NCBI GenBank assembly: GCA_963740355.1
Contig: CAVUDW010000002.1
Span: forward strand, 2,208,001 to 2,272,000
DNA from: an uncultured Gemmatimonadaceae bacterium
GTDB taxonomy: Bacteria > Gemmatimonadota > Gemmatimonadetes > Gemmatimonadales > Gemmatimonadaceae
DNA: 64,000 bases
Reading direction: 5' to 3'
The notes under the pieces are model-generated. The model was not told where the DNA came from. It saw nothing but the letters and a program-made list of their open reading frames with translations, and did not search any database. The number at the start of each line of letters is the position of its first letter. Position 1 is the stretch's first letter. Positions 50,875 to 60,324 of the stretch are shown piece after piece. The position numbers were made by a program, and so were the translations under genes.

Positions 50875-53303
50875 GCATTCCACTCGCAGTCCTGTTGCAG
50901 ATCTCCGTCTCGGTGCAGGTGCCCGACACCATTGCCGCCCGCACTGCGGTGCCGTTCATCGTGCGCGCCACCGCCCCGGGCAACACGGCACCACGACTCA
51001 CGGTGCCGTCCGCCAGCGGCGCGGTCATCCAACTGGTCGCCGACGTGACGCGACTCGGCGGTGGCTTCGGCCAGGCAGTGGCGACGCGAGAGACGCGCTA
51101 CATCCTGCGGGTCGGCGGGCCCGGGCTGATTCAACTCTCGCCCGTCAGCGCCACGCTCGGCACACAGCAAGCGGTCAGCCTGACGAAGACGATCGTCGTG
51201 TTGCCGCCACCCACCAATGCGGTGCCAGCCATCGTGAATCGCGCACCAATCTCGCGGAACACGATGGTCAACTTCCACTCGCTCATCACACCGGACACCG
51301 TCTGGGCTGGTGAACAGGTGACGCTGCAGGTCGGTGTGTTCATCGATGACGAACTGCGGTCGCGATTGCAGCGCAACCCCGAATACGTGGCACCGTCGGT
51401 CGATGGTGCCGTTGCATACGACCTCCCGGTGGCCAACGACGCGCTGCCGAGCCGAGATGTCGATGGTGTGCGCTATCGACCGTTCATCTTTGCGCGTGCG
51501 CTGTTCCCCCTGCGATCAGGGCTACTCGCCATTCCACCGGCACGCCTCGGCTACACCCTTGGCTCCGCCGGTACGATGTTCGGCAAGCAGGAGCGACAAA
51601 CCGCCACCACACCGCCTCGGGCGGTCTTCGTGCGCGAGTTGCCGATCGAAGGGCGACCATCGTCGTTTGCTGGTGCGGTCGGCGTCTACTCCATGACGGC
51701 ATCGGTGGAGCGCGCCGCTGGGCGCGTGGGTGATGCCGTGCAACTCACGGTGCGTATCGAGGGGGTGGGCAACGTGAAGTTGTTGCCCGCACCGCTGCTC
51801 CAGATCAAGGACGTGAGCAGCGGGCCGTCCGGTGAATCGATCGTCGTCGACAGCACCGACCTGCTGGTGCGCGGCAGCAAGACGTTTCGCTACCTGCTCA
51901 CGCCGAAGCGCGATGGTGACGTGCCGCTCGGCGAGCTCCGGTACGCGTACTTCAACCCGGTGCGCGGGGCGTACGAAGAAGCGGTGGCATCCCTCGGCTC
52001 CCTGCGCGTGGCGCCAGGTACTGCGGTTGCCGACGACGAGGCAATCGCGACCGCCGCACCCGCCATCTCCTTGGAGCCATTCGGCGCACCGGCCGAGGGG
52101 GATGTCACGGAACTGTGGTGGTACCGCCTGCTCTTTGCCGGGTTGGGTGTGCCATGGTTGGCGTTGGTGTTCCGTCGCCTGTGGCGATTGCTGCCGAAGC
52201 GTGAGCCCCGCGAGCGACGCCGCAACGCGCGTGGGCTCCCCGAGGGTATCGCGATCACCTCTGCCAACCTTCGCCGATCGTTCATCGAGCGACTGTCGCC
52301 GCTCGTGCAACTGCGAAGCGACGAACCTTTCGCCGCGCCTGATGTCGTCCGTCGGCTGCGGCGCGCTGGCGTCACGAGTGATGCGGCTGAAGCCGCTGGC
52401 GCCTTGCTGAAACGACTCGACCAACTGACGTTCGGCAGCGCGACGACAGTGTCGGTCGAGCAGGTGGACCAGCTGGCCCGTGAGGCGGACGACGTGCACG
52501 CGCAGTTGGCATCGGAGTTGTCAGCCAAGGTACGGTCACGGATCAAGGCGGCGGTGCGTGTCGTGGCGCTCGTCGCTGGCGCGAGCGCAACTCTCGCAGC
52601 GCAACCCGCGGTGTACTCGCGTGGCGTCGACGCCTACCGGAAGCAGCACTTCGCTGAGGCCGCGGCACTCTTTGCCAGCGCCGCCGCCTCGACGCCTCTC
52701 ACGGCATCGGTGTGGACCAATCTTGGCGCTGCGCAGCTGATGCGCGCTGATACCGCCGGGGCCATCGTCGCGTGGCAGCGGAGCGTGCGGCTGGCACCGC
52801 GGAACAACCCCGCCATTCGTCTTCTCGACCAAATTGCACCGGCGGCCGACGTACGGACCATCGTCCCACCGATCACCGCCAATGAGGCGTGGCTGTTGCT
52901 CCTTGGCGTGACCGTGCTGCTGTCGGTCTGCGGCGCCGGCTGGCGCTGGAGCAATCGTCACATCAGCAACGGCGCACTGCTCCTGGCCACGCTAGCCGTC
53001 GCCGCGTGTTCGGCGATCGCGGTCTTCGCGCAACGCGCACAGCACGCAGACGGCATGGTCGTGATCCGTCGCGACGTGGCATTGCGCACGGAGCCTGTGC
53101 TCGCCGGCGAGGCAAACGCACGCGCCCGGGCCGGGGAAATTGCCTTCGTCGTGGACTCCAGCGTGGCGTGGCGACAATTGGCCGTCGCCGGCGGGCGCAC
53201 GGGATGGGTGGAGGCGGATGCGCTGCGCTCGATGGCACTTATCGACGGGCGCGATGTTGCGACGGCTGAGGCTCGGATCGCCGCTGAGCCACCAGTGCCC
53301 TGA
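50871..53303 (+). CDS. BatD-like + TPR/SH3 (BatE-like) fusion protein
   Basis: WAGEQV, FAGAVG, EGVGN, YFNP...Y (BatD); WTNLG TPR; GWV SH3-like end. Confidence 0.8.
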   Translation: MSIPLAVLLQISVSVQVPDTIAARTAVPFIVRATAPGNTAPRLTVPSASGAVIQLVADVTRLGGGFGQAVATRETRYILRVGGPGLIQLSPVSATLGTQQAVSLTKTIVVLPPPTNAVPAIVNRAPISRNTMVNFHSLITPDTVWAGEQVTLQVGVFIDDELRSRLQRNPEYVAPSVDGAVAYDLPVANDALPSRDVDGVRYRPFIFARALFPLRSGLLAIPPARLGYTLGSAGTMFGKQERQTATTPPRAVFVRELPIEGRPSSFAGAVGVYSMTASVERAAGRVGDAVQLTVRIEGVGNVKLLPAPLLQIKDVSSGPSGESIVVDSTDLLVRGSKTFRYLLTPKRDGDVPLGELRYAYFNPVRGAYEEAVASLGSLRVAPGTAVADDEAIATAAPAISLEPFGAPAEGDVTELWWYRLLFAGLGVPWLALVFRRLWRLLPKREPRERRRNARGLPEGIAITSANLRRSFIERLSPLVQLRSDEPFAAPDVVRRLRRAGVTSDAAEAAGALLKRLDQLTFGSATTVSVEQVDQLAREADDVHAQLASELSAKVRSRIKAAVRVVALVAGASATLAAQPAVYSRGVDAYRKQHFAEAAALFASAAASTPLTASVWTNLGAAQLMRADTAGAIVAWQRSVRLAPRNNPAIRLLDQIAPAADVRTIVPPITANEAWLLLLGVTVLLSVCGAGWRWSNRHISNGALLLATLAVAACSAIAVFAQRAQHADGMVVIRRDVALRTEPVLAGEANARARAGEIAFVVDSSVAWRQLAVAGGRTGWVEADALRSMALIDGRDVATAEARIAAEPPVP

Positions 53304-53321
53304 CGACGATAGCTTTCAAGA

Positions 53322-55067
53322 ATGTCCCGCATCGCGATCCTTGCCTCCGCTGTCGCTGACCAGATCGCCGCCGGCGAAGTGGTCGAGCGTCCCGCGTCGA
53401 TCGTTAAGGAACTGGTCGAGAACGCGCTGGATGCCGGTGCCACGGATATCGGCATCGAGATTGAGGACGGCGGCCGCGGGCTGATCCGCATTCGCGACGA
53501 TGGGGCTGGTATGTCACCAGACGAAGCGGTCCTCGCGCTCGCGCGGCACGCCACATCGAAGATTCGATCGGCGCACGACCTGGTTGGCGTGTCGACCTTC
53601 GGCTTTCGCGGTGAGGCACTGCCCGCGATCGCCTCTGTGTCACACCTGGTGATGGACACCTCGGAGGTCGACGGGGAAGGGACCCGGGTGATCGTCTCGC
53701 AGGGCGTGCACCAGCGCACCGAACCGATCGCCCGTCGACGTGGGACGACGATCACCGTCACGGAGCTCTTTCACGCCGTTCCTGCCCGGCGGAAGTTTCT
53801 CAAGAGTGCGAGAGGCGAGTGGCGCGCGATCGCTGACCTGCTTGCAACCATCGCGCTCGTGCGCCGCGACGTTCGGTTCACGGCGTCGCATGACGGAAAG
53901 GTGGCGTTCACGGCGGTACCAGCGCGTACTTGGCGTGAGCGGTTGGCAAGCGTCTGGACGGGCACGACGCCATCGACCCTTCTCGATGTCGATGATGTGC
54001 AGGGACCGATCCATGTGCGGGGCCTGGTCGAACAGCCGTCGAACGTCGGACTCGGCGCACGTCGGGTGTTCCTCATGGTGAATGGCCGCGCGATTCGTGA
54101 CACTGGGTTGGTGCGTGCCGCCGAGGCCGCGTACCACTCGACGATTCCAGCCGGCACGCGCCCATCGCTGGCGCTCGATGTGCGGCTCCCTGGTGATGCG
54201 GTGGATGTGAATGTGCACCCGGCGAAGGCTGAGGTCCGTTTCCATGATCGCTGGGGTGTGGAGCGGGTGGTTGAAGGCGCCGTGCGACGCGCACTGGGCG
54301 TGGCGGCATCCGCGCCACTCTTCACGAGTCGGTTTGGTGGCGAACGAACCTGGTCGCCGGGACCAGTCGTAGCTGATGTCGAGATCCTGCGTGCCGCACC
54401 GGAGCCAGCCCCGCTGTTTGCCGACGCGGAAACGCTGACCGACTCCCGCGCCCGAGTCGAGGCGATCCCTGCGCCGACTGCAGACCTGACGCACGTCGAA
54501 ATCCCGCCGCTGCTGCAACTCCGACGCACGTACATGCTGTTCGAGCGTGATGACGGCGTCGTGCTGATCGACCAGCACTCGGCGCACGAGCGCGTGCTCT
54601 ATGAACGATTGATGACGCGCCTCAATGGTGGCGACGCGGTCATCCAGACGCTGCTCTTCCCGCTCACGCTGCATCTCAGTCCAGCGGAAGCTGACGCCTT
54701 CGAGGCACATCGGGACGCCTTCGTCGCACTAGGCTTCGGCATCGAGGGTTTCGGTGGGCAGACACTCGTCGTACAGAGTGTGCCCATGCCTCACCATCGC
54801 TTCGACGCCGAACGGGCGCTGCGCGAGACGCTGGCGTCGCTGGCGGGCGATCGCATTGCCAGCACCGCCGCGCGTCACGAGCGGCTTGCGATGACAGTGG
54901 CGTGCAAGGCCGCCGTGAAGTCGGGTGACCTGCTCTCGACGTCGGAGATGCGTGCGTTGTTCGCGGACCTCGCGCGCACCACGCTTCCCGCGCACGACGT
55001 GCACGGCCGCGCCACGATCGTGCAACTGAGCTGGGATGAATTGGACAGGCGGTTCGGTCGTGCGTGA
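53322..55067 (+). CDS. mutL: DNA mismatch repair protein MutL
   Basis: IAAGEVVERPAS..KELVEN, GFRGEAL, DVNVHPAK, DQHSAHER, QTLLFP. Confidence 0.96.
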   Translation: MSRIAILASAVADQIAAGEVVERPASIVKELVENALDAGATDIGIEIEDGGRGLIRIRDDGAGMSPDEAVLALARHATSKIRSAHDLVGVSTFGFRGEALPAIASVSHLVMDTSEVDGEGTRVIVSQGVHQRTEPIARRRGTTITVTELFHAVPARRKFLKSARGEWRAIADLLATIALVRRDVRFTASHDGKVAFTAVPARTWRERLASVWTGTTPSTLLDVDDVQGPIHVRGLVEQPSNVGLGARRVFLMVNGRAIRDTGLVRAAEAAYHSTIPAGTRPSLALDVRLPGDAVDVNVHPAKAEVRFHDRWGVERVVEGAVRRALGVAASAPLFTSRFGGERTWSPGPVVADVEILRAAPEPAPLFADAETLTDSRARVEAIPAPTADLTHVEIPPLLQLRRTYMLFERDDGVVLIDQHSAHERVLYERLMTRLNGGDAVIQTLLFPLTLHLSPAEADAFEAHRDAFVALGFGIEGFGGQTLVVQSVPMPHHRFDAERALRETLASLAGDRIASTAARHERLAMTVACKAAVKSGDLLSTSEMRALFADLARTTLPAHDVHGRATIVQLSWDELDRRFGRA

Positions 55068-55980
55068 GATCCCGGTCATCTGCGGGCCGACGGCGGCCGG
55101 AAAGTCCGCTGTGGCAATGGCGCTCGCCGAGCGAACTGGCGCAATGCTGATCAGCGCCGACTCGCGCCAGGTGTATCGACGATTCGATATCGGGACGGCC
55201 AAGCCCACTCCCGCCGACATGGCACTGGTGATGCACCGTGGCATCGATGTTGTCGAACCCACCGAGCGTTACTCCGCTGCCGAATGGTCGAAAAACGCAC
55301 TGCAGTGGATTGCAGAAGCGGACGCCCGGAACCAACCGGTGCTTGTCGTTGGCGGCACCGGCTTCTATCTCCGTGCGCTCGAGACACCCCTGTTCGAGTC
55401 ACCAGAGCTGGAGCCGGTGGCGCGTGCTGCAGTGCTGGCTGCACTGGAGCAGGAGTCCACCGATACACTTCGCACGCGCTGCACACAGGTCGACCCGAGC
55501 CGCGCACACCTTGGCCGCACGCAGTTGTTGCGCGCACTCGAGACGTTCGAGCTCACGGGCCGCCCGCTGAGCGAGTGGCAACACGAACGGGCGCGCCCGG
55601 CGACGGTGCGGTGCCACTACCTCATGGTGGATCCAGGCCTCGTGCTCCGTGAGCGCATCGCCCAACGGGTGCTGCAGATGCTGCAGGCCGGATGGGAGGA
55701 TGAAATCGAGGCGCTGGCGCAGTCCGTACCGCCTCACGCACCGGCGTGGAACGCCTGTGGCTACGCGGAGTTGCGTGCTGCACAGCTGGGCGAGACGTCG
55801 CGCGCGGCGGCGATCGAGCGTACCATCATCGCCACGCGTCAGTACGCCAAGCGTCAGCGCACCTGGTTTCGGCACCAGTTGCCCGCGTCACGTGTTACGT
55901 CCCTCGATCCACAAGACGCCGACGCCTCGCGGCGCGCCTCGTCCTGGCTGGAATCCGCCCTACTGTCGGAGCACCTGTGA
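55060..55980 (+). CDS. miaA: tRNA dimethylallyltransferase
   Basis: GPTAAGKS, DSRQVY..DIGTAKP, VGGTGFY, YAKRQRTWF. Confidence 0.95.
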   Translation: MREIPVICGPTAAGKSAVAMALAERTGAMLISADSRQVYRRFDIGTAKPTPADMALVMHRGIDVVEPTERYSAAEWSKNALQWIAEADARNQPVLVVGGTGFYLRALETPLFESPELEPVARAAVLAALEQESTDTLRTRCTQVDPSRAHLGRTQLLRALETFELTGRPLSEWQHERARPATVRCHYLMVDPGLVLRERIAQRVLQMLQAGWEDEIEALAQSVPPHAPAWNACGYAELRAAQLGETSRAAAIERTIIATRQYAKRQRTWFRHQLPASRVTSLDPQDADASRRASSWLESALLSEHL

Positions 55981-57164
55981 AAATCGGCATCACCTGCTAT
56001 CCCACGTACGGCGGCTCGGGCGCCATGGCCACCGAACTCGGTATCGCGCTCGCGGCCCGTGGGCACGAAATCCACTTCATCACGTACGCCCAGCCGTTCC
56101 GGCTGCCGGCGTTCCTGCCGCGTGTCTTCTTTCACGAAGTCGATGTCGGCCGGTATCCGTTGTTCGAATATCCGCCCTACGATCTCGCACTCGCGGTGCG
56201 CATGCACGAAGTGACGCGCAGTGCGAAGCTCGATGTGCTCCACTGCCATTACGCGATCCCGCACGCCACCAGCGCCTGGATCGCCCGAGAGATGATGCGT
56301 GAGTCGGGGGACGACGTGGCGGTCGTCACCACGTTGCACGGCACCGACATCACGATCGTGGGACAGGACCCGTCGTACTGGGCGATCACCAAGTTCTCGA
56401 TCGAGAAGTCGGATCGTATCACCGCCGTCTCCGAGCATCTGCAGCGCGAGACCGTGAACGCCTTCGGCTGCACCGGGTGCTCGGTGGACGTGATCCACAA
56501 CTTCATCGATCCAGCTGTGTACGATCGCAGCCGGTATCCGGGCGCGCTGGCTGGAATGGTCGCCGCACCCGGCAAGGTGCTGATGCACATCAGCAACTTT
56601 CGCGCAGTCAAGCGTACCGTCGATGTCATCCGGATCTTTGCCCGTGTGTCGGCGGCGATCGAGGCAACGCTGGTGATGGTGGGTGACGGCCCGGATCGTG
56701 GCATGGCGCAGGAAGAGGCGCGGGCGCTTGGAGTGGCGGATCGGGTGCAGTTTCTCGGACGCATCGAAAACGTCGCGCCGCTTCTCTCATCGGCCGACCT
56801 GTTCCTGCTGCCGTCGGAGAACGAGTCCTTCGGGCTCTCGGCGCTCGAGGCGCTCGCGTGCGGTGTGCCCGTGGTGGCCTCGGATGCGGGCGGCATCCCG
56901 GAAGTCATCCGCGAAGGGGTCACCGGCGCGTTGCGACCGGTCGGTGACGTCGAGGCGATGGCGGTGGCGGCCATCGGGATCCTGTCCGACGATGCACGCT
57001 GGGCCCGGATGAGCGTGGCGGCCGCGGACGATGCGCGTCAACGGTTCAGTGAGTCGCGCATCATCGGGCAGTACGAGGCGACGTACGAGGACGCGCTGGC
57101 CGTGGCGGCCTCGCGTCGGCGGGCCCGGTCAGGTGGCACACCGGTCCCGAGCAGTCTTCCCTAA
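55977..57164 (+). CDS. bshA: N-acetyl-alpha-D-glucosaminyl L-malate synthase
   Basis: KIGITCYPTYGGSG..ATELG, HYAIPHA, TTLHGTDIT, HISNFRAVKR, ESFGLSALEA. Confidence 0.92.
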   Translation: MKIGITCYPTYGGSGAMATELGIALAARGHEIHFITYAQPFRLPAFLPRVFFHEVDVGRYPLFEYPPYDLALAVRMHEVTRSAKLDVLHCHYAIPHATSAWIAREMMRESGDDVAVVTTLHGTDITIVGQDPSYWAITKFSIEKSDRITAVSEHLQRETVNAFGCTGCSVDVIHNFIDPAVYDRSRYPGALAGMVAAPGKVLMHISNFRAVKRTVDVIRIFARVSAAIEATLVMVGDGPDRGMAQEEARALGVADRVQFLGRIENVAPLLSSADLFLLPSENESFGLSALEALACGVPVVASDAGGIPEVIREGVTGALRPVGDVEAMAVAAIGILSDDARWARMSVAAADDARQRFSESRIIGQYEATYEDALAVAASRRRARSGGTPVPSSLP

Positions 57165-57206
57165 CTAATGCTTGCGCTCGGTGTGCGGCAGCGTATCCTC
57201 ATGGGT

Positions 57207-58451
57207 ATGTCGACTGCGGATGACCGTCGCTGGTGTCGACGCGTTGGACTGAGGCTCGCCGTCGGACTCGCGCTCGGCGCCTGTCAGAACGGCGAGTCGC
57301 CGCCGCCGGCTGAGCCGATCGGGAACGACGGTGCCAACCTGCGACTCGAGCAAGTTGTCTTCACTCAGGTTGTGCAGAATGACGCCCGCTCCATTCCACT
57401 GATCGCCGGCGCCCACGCGGCGGCCAAAGTGATGATCACGCGGAGCAAGGAGAGCGTCGACGAAGTGCCGGTTGTGCTGCGACTCTTCCGCGACGGAAAG
57501 TTGGTCCACACCGATACAGCCCGCACCGGCGGCGTGTTGAGTCGCGCTCGGTCTCTCGCGGCGTCGAGTGCGCAATTCTTGATTCCGCCGGCACTGGTCG
57601 CGTCGGACGTGACATGGCAGGTGGAGATCGATCCACGCCAAACCCTACCGGATTCGACGCGCGCTGACAATCGACTCCCTGTGACAGGGGCAGAGCCGTT
57701 ACGGACCGTCGACATCCTGCCGCTGCGCATCCGCCTGATTCCGGTGGTTCTCTCGCGTCATGCCAATCTCACGGGCGACGTGAGCGTCGCCAATGCCGAC
57801 GTTTACCTTCGAGTTTCTCGGCAGATTTTCCCCATCCGTGAGCTTCGCGTGGCGATCGGTGCGCCGCTCACTACATCCGCGTTTTTCGGCACAGCGCCGG
57901 ACGATGGTGGTAACCTGTTTTTCTGGCAGACGATCCTCGACGATATTGAACAGGCGCGTCGCGCCAGCGGTTCGGTCGATGAGTATTGGTACGGTGTCGT
58001 TCCAATTCCATCGGGGTACGCGACGATCAAATGGGGCGGGATGGCCTATCTTGGCGTCGCGTCTGGCGACAGCTTGGCTCCGGCATACGCCGCCGTTGGC
58101 GCCGACGTCTCCAGCAATCCAGCGTTCGCATCGCTCACGCTAGCCCACGAGCTGGGGCACAACTTCGGACGCTCGCACGCACCGGGCTGTAATGCGGTGG
58201 CCCCCATAGACGTTGGGTTCCCGGATGGTAACGGCAGCATTACGTCGATCGGTCATGACGTGTGGAGCTGGGCTAACGGCGCCGCCCGCGGCGCGCAGGC
58301 GGTCGGTGCCGAAACGGCGGACATCATGAGTTACTGCGCGCCGCCGAAGTGGATCAGTGCACACAACTACAGCTCGGTCTTGCAGTGGCGAATTGGAACG
58401 GGCGTGTCGTTGCGCACGCTGAACCTGGTTCAGCCCAAGGCGGTGCCGTGA
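57207..58451 (+). CDS. Metzincin-type zinc metalloprotease lipoprotein (M66-like)
   Basis: Lipobox LGAC; HELGHNFGRSH (HExxHxxGxxH); DIMSY Met-turn; start uncertain (57168/57201/57207). Confidence 0.8.
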   Translation: MSTADDRRWCRRVGLRLAVGLALGACQNGESPPPAEPIGNDGANLRLEQVVFTQVVQNDARSIPLIAGAHAAAKVMITRSKESVDEVPVVLRLFRDGKLVHTDTARTGGVLSRARSLAASSAQFLIPPALVASDVTWQVEIDPRQTLPDSTRADNRLPVTGAEPLRTVDILPLRIRLIPVVLSRHANLTGDVSVANADVYLRVSRQIFPIRELRVAIGAPLTTSAFFGTAPDDGGNLFFWQTILDDIEQARRASGSVDEYWYGVVPIPSGYATIKWGGMAYLGVASGDSLAPAYAAVGADVSSNPAFASLTLAHELGHNFGRSHAPGCNAVAPIDVGFPDGNGSITSIGHDVWSWANGAARGAQAVGAETADIMSYCAPPKWISAHNYSSVLQWRIGTGVSLRTLNLVQPKAVP

Positions 58452-58750
58452 CTGAGCGCCGGCGCCGAGGCTCAGCAGATCGTGAGTATCGATCGAGCCT
58501 GCGGGATGGCGGTGCGATCGTGCACCGCACGCCATTCCCGTTCTCTGCCAGCGGCTGTCCGCAGCCGGTCGCCGGCGCGTGACACACGGGACCCTGACCC
58601 CGCGGACTTCGCCGCGATGTCCATCGGCGATCCCAATGGTACCACGCCTCCCTTCTCACCTCCGGATCGGGCCTGACGTGCCGGAGGATCGAGTAGACTT
58701 CCCGAGTCGCCACACCCCGCGGCACCATTCTGCGCCCCTCACTATCCGTC

Positions 58751-59554
58751 ATGAACGTCCTTCACGCGCTCGTCCTTGGCATCGTCCAGGGCCTCGCCGA
58801 ATTTCTGCCGATCAGCTCCTCCGCACACCTCAGTCTCGTGCCGTACGTCTTCGGGTGGGAAGACCCGGGGCTCGCGTTCGATGTGGCGCTCCACCTCGGC
58901 ACGCTGGCCGCGGTGCTCTGGTACTTCCGAGTCGAGTGGATCAATCTCACGAAGGCAGGCTTTGCGATCCTTCGCACACGCAAGGTGGTCGGCGATGATC
59001 AGTGGCGCGCCGTGTTCATCGTCATCGCGACCATTCCAGGGGCCATCGGCGGCCTGCTGCTCGAGAAGTACGCCGAGACGGTTTTCCGTGATCCGAAACT
59101 GACGGCGATCGCACTCATCGTGCTGGGCACGCTCCTCTGGGCTGCCGATCGTTATGCGCGGCAGACTCGTGAACTCCCTGGAATGCGATGGACCGACGCG
59201 CTCCTTGTCGGCGTGGCGCAGGTGTTCGCGTTGATTCCTGGTGTGTCGCGTTCCGGCTCGACCATGACTGCAGGTCGTGCCCTCGGTTTTGATCGCACCA
59301 GTGCCGCGACATTCAGCTTCCTCATGTCGATGCCGATCACTGCCGCGGCCGCTGTGCTGAAGGTGCCTGAAGCGCTGCGCGAAGGGATCACGCTGCCGAT
59401 CGTCGTCGGCATCCTCGCCTCCGCGATCAGCGGCTGGCTCGCGATCTCCGTCCTGCTCCGGTACATCTCGACCAAGAGCTTCGGCATCTTTGCGGTCTAT
59501 CGGTGGATCCTTGGTATCGCTGTGCTTCTCCTGATCTATTCGCGACAGGCATGA
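58751..59554 (+). CDS. uppP: Undecaprenyl-diphosphate phosphatase
   Basis: GIVQGLAEFLPISSSAHL, PGVSRSGST. Confidence 0.95.
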   Translation: MNVLHALVLGIVQGLAEFLPISSSAHLSLVPYVFGWEDPGLAFDVALHLGTLAAVLWYFRVEWINLTKAGFAILRTRKVVGDDQWRAVFIVIATIPGAIGGLLLEKYAETVFRDPKLTAIALIVLGTLLWAADRYARQTRELPGMRWTDALLVGVAQVFALIPGVSRSGSTMTAGRALGFDRTSAATFSFLMSMPITAAAAVLKVPEALREGITLPIVVGILASAISGWLAISVLLRYISTKSFGIFAVYRWILGIAVLLLIYSRQA

Positions 59555-60321
59555 TGCAGGATCGTACCGCCATGCTGTCGGTTTACGACGACGTGCTGTG
59601 CGAGCGCCTCTGTTCGCAGTCCGGCGCCGCCAGCCTGATCGCTGTGGATCACTGCACCAGCACGATGGATCTGGCGCACCAACAGGCGGCACTCGGTGCT
59701 GCGCATGGCACCGTGATCGTTGCCGAGCAACAGGGGGCGGGGCGTGGGCGCTCGGGCAAGTCGTGGGTGTCGGAGCGTGGCGTGGGCGTCTGGACCAGCG
59801 TGCTGCTCCGGCAGCAGGCGGGTGCTCCAGCGGGGGTGCTGTCGTTGCGCGTCGGTCTCGCCCTCGCAGCGTCGCTTGATGCATTCACCTCCGTGCCTAT
59901 TCAGCTGAAGTGGCCGAATGACCTTTATCTGGGGCAGCGCAAGCTCGCGGGCGTGCTTACCGAAGCACGATGGCGTGGCGACATGCTCGAGTGGATCGTG
60001 GTTGGCGTGGGCGTGAACGTGCGTCCCTCCGCTACGATTCCGCCGAGCGCCTCACTCGGTGATGCTGCCTCGCGCGCCATGGTGCTGGTCGCGGTCGTGC
60101 GTGCAGTGCTCGCCGCAGGGCAGGGTGCGGGCGAACTCTCCGACAGCGAGCTCGCCGCGTATGCCGCGCGCGATTTCGCGGCGGGCCAACGTGCTGCGTC
60201 CCCGTTGGAAGGCACGGTGCTCGGCATCACCAGCCGCGGGGGGCTGCGGGTGAGCACAGCGGCAGGGGAAGCAGTGGCCGTCGCGGGCTCTCTGGTGTTC
60301 AGCAATCAAACTGTGGAGTGA
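59551..60321 (+). CDS. birA: Biotin--protein ligase (no HTH)
   Basis: STMD, AEQQGAGRGRSGKSW, LKWPND, KLAGVL. Confidence 0.92.
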   Translation: MMQDRTAMLSVYDDVLCERLCSQSGAASLIAVDHCTSTMDLAHQQAALGAAHGTVIVAEQQGAGRGRSGKSWVSERGVGVWTSVLLRQQAGAPAGVLSLRVGLALAASLDAFTSVPIQLKWPNDLYLGQRKLAGVLTEARWRGDMLEWIVVGVGVNVRPSATIPPSASLGDAASRAMVLVAVVRAVLAAGQGAGELSDSELAAYAARDFAAGQRAASPLEGTVLGITSRGGLRVSTAAGEAVAVAGSLVFSNQTVE

Positions 60322-60324
60322 TCG

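Noticed and set aside
58349..58998. Small ORFs in the spacer before uppP
   Set aside because: No SD, motif or coding-like bias; overlapping alternatives in several frames
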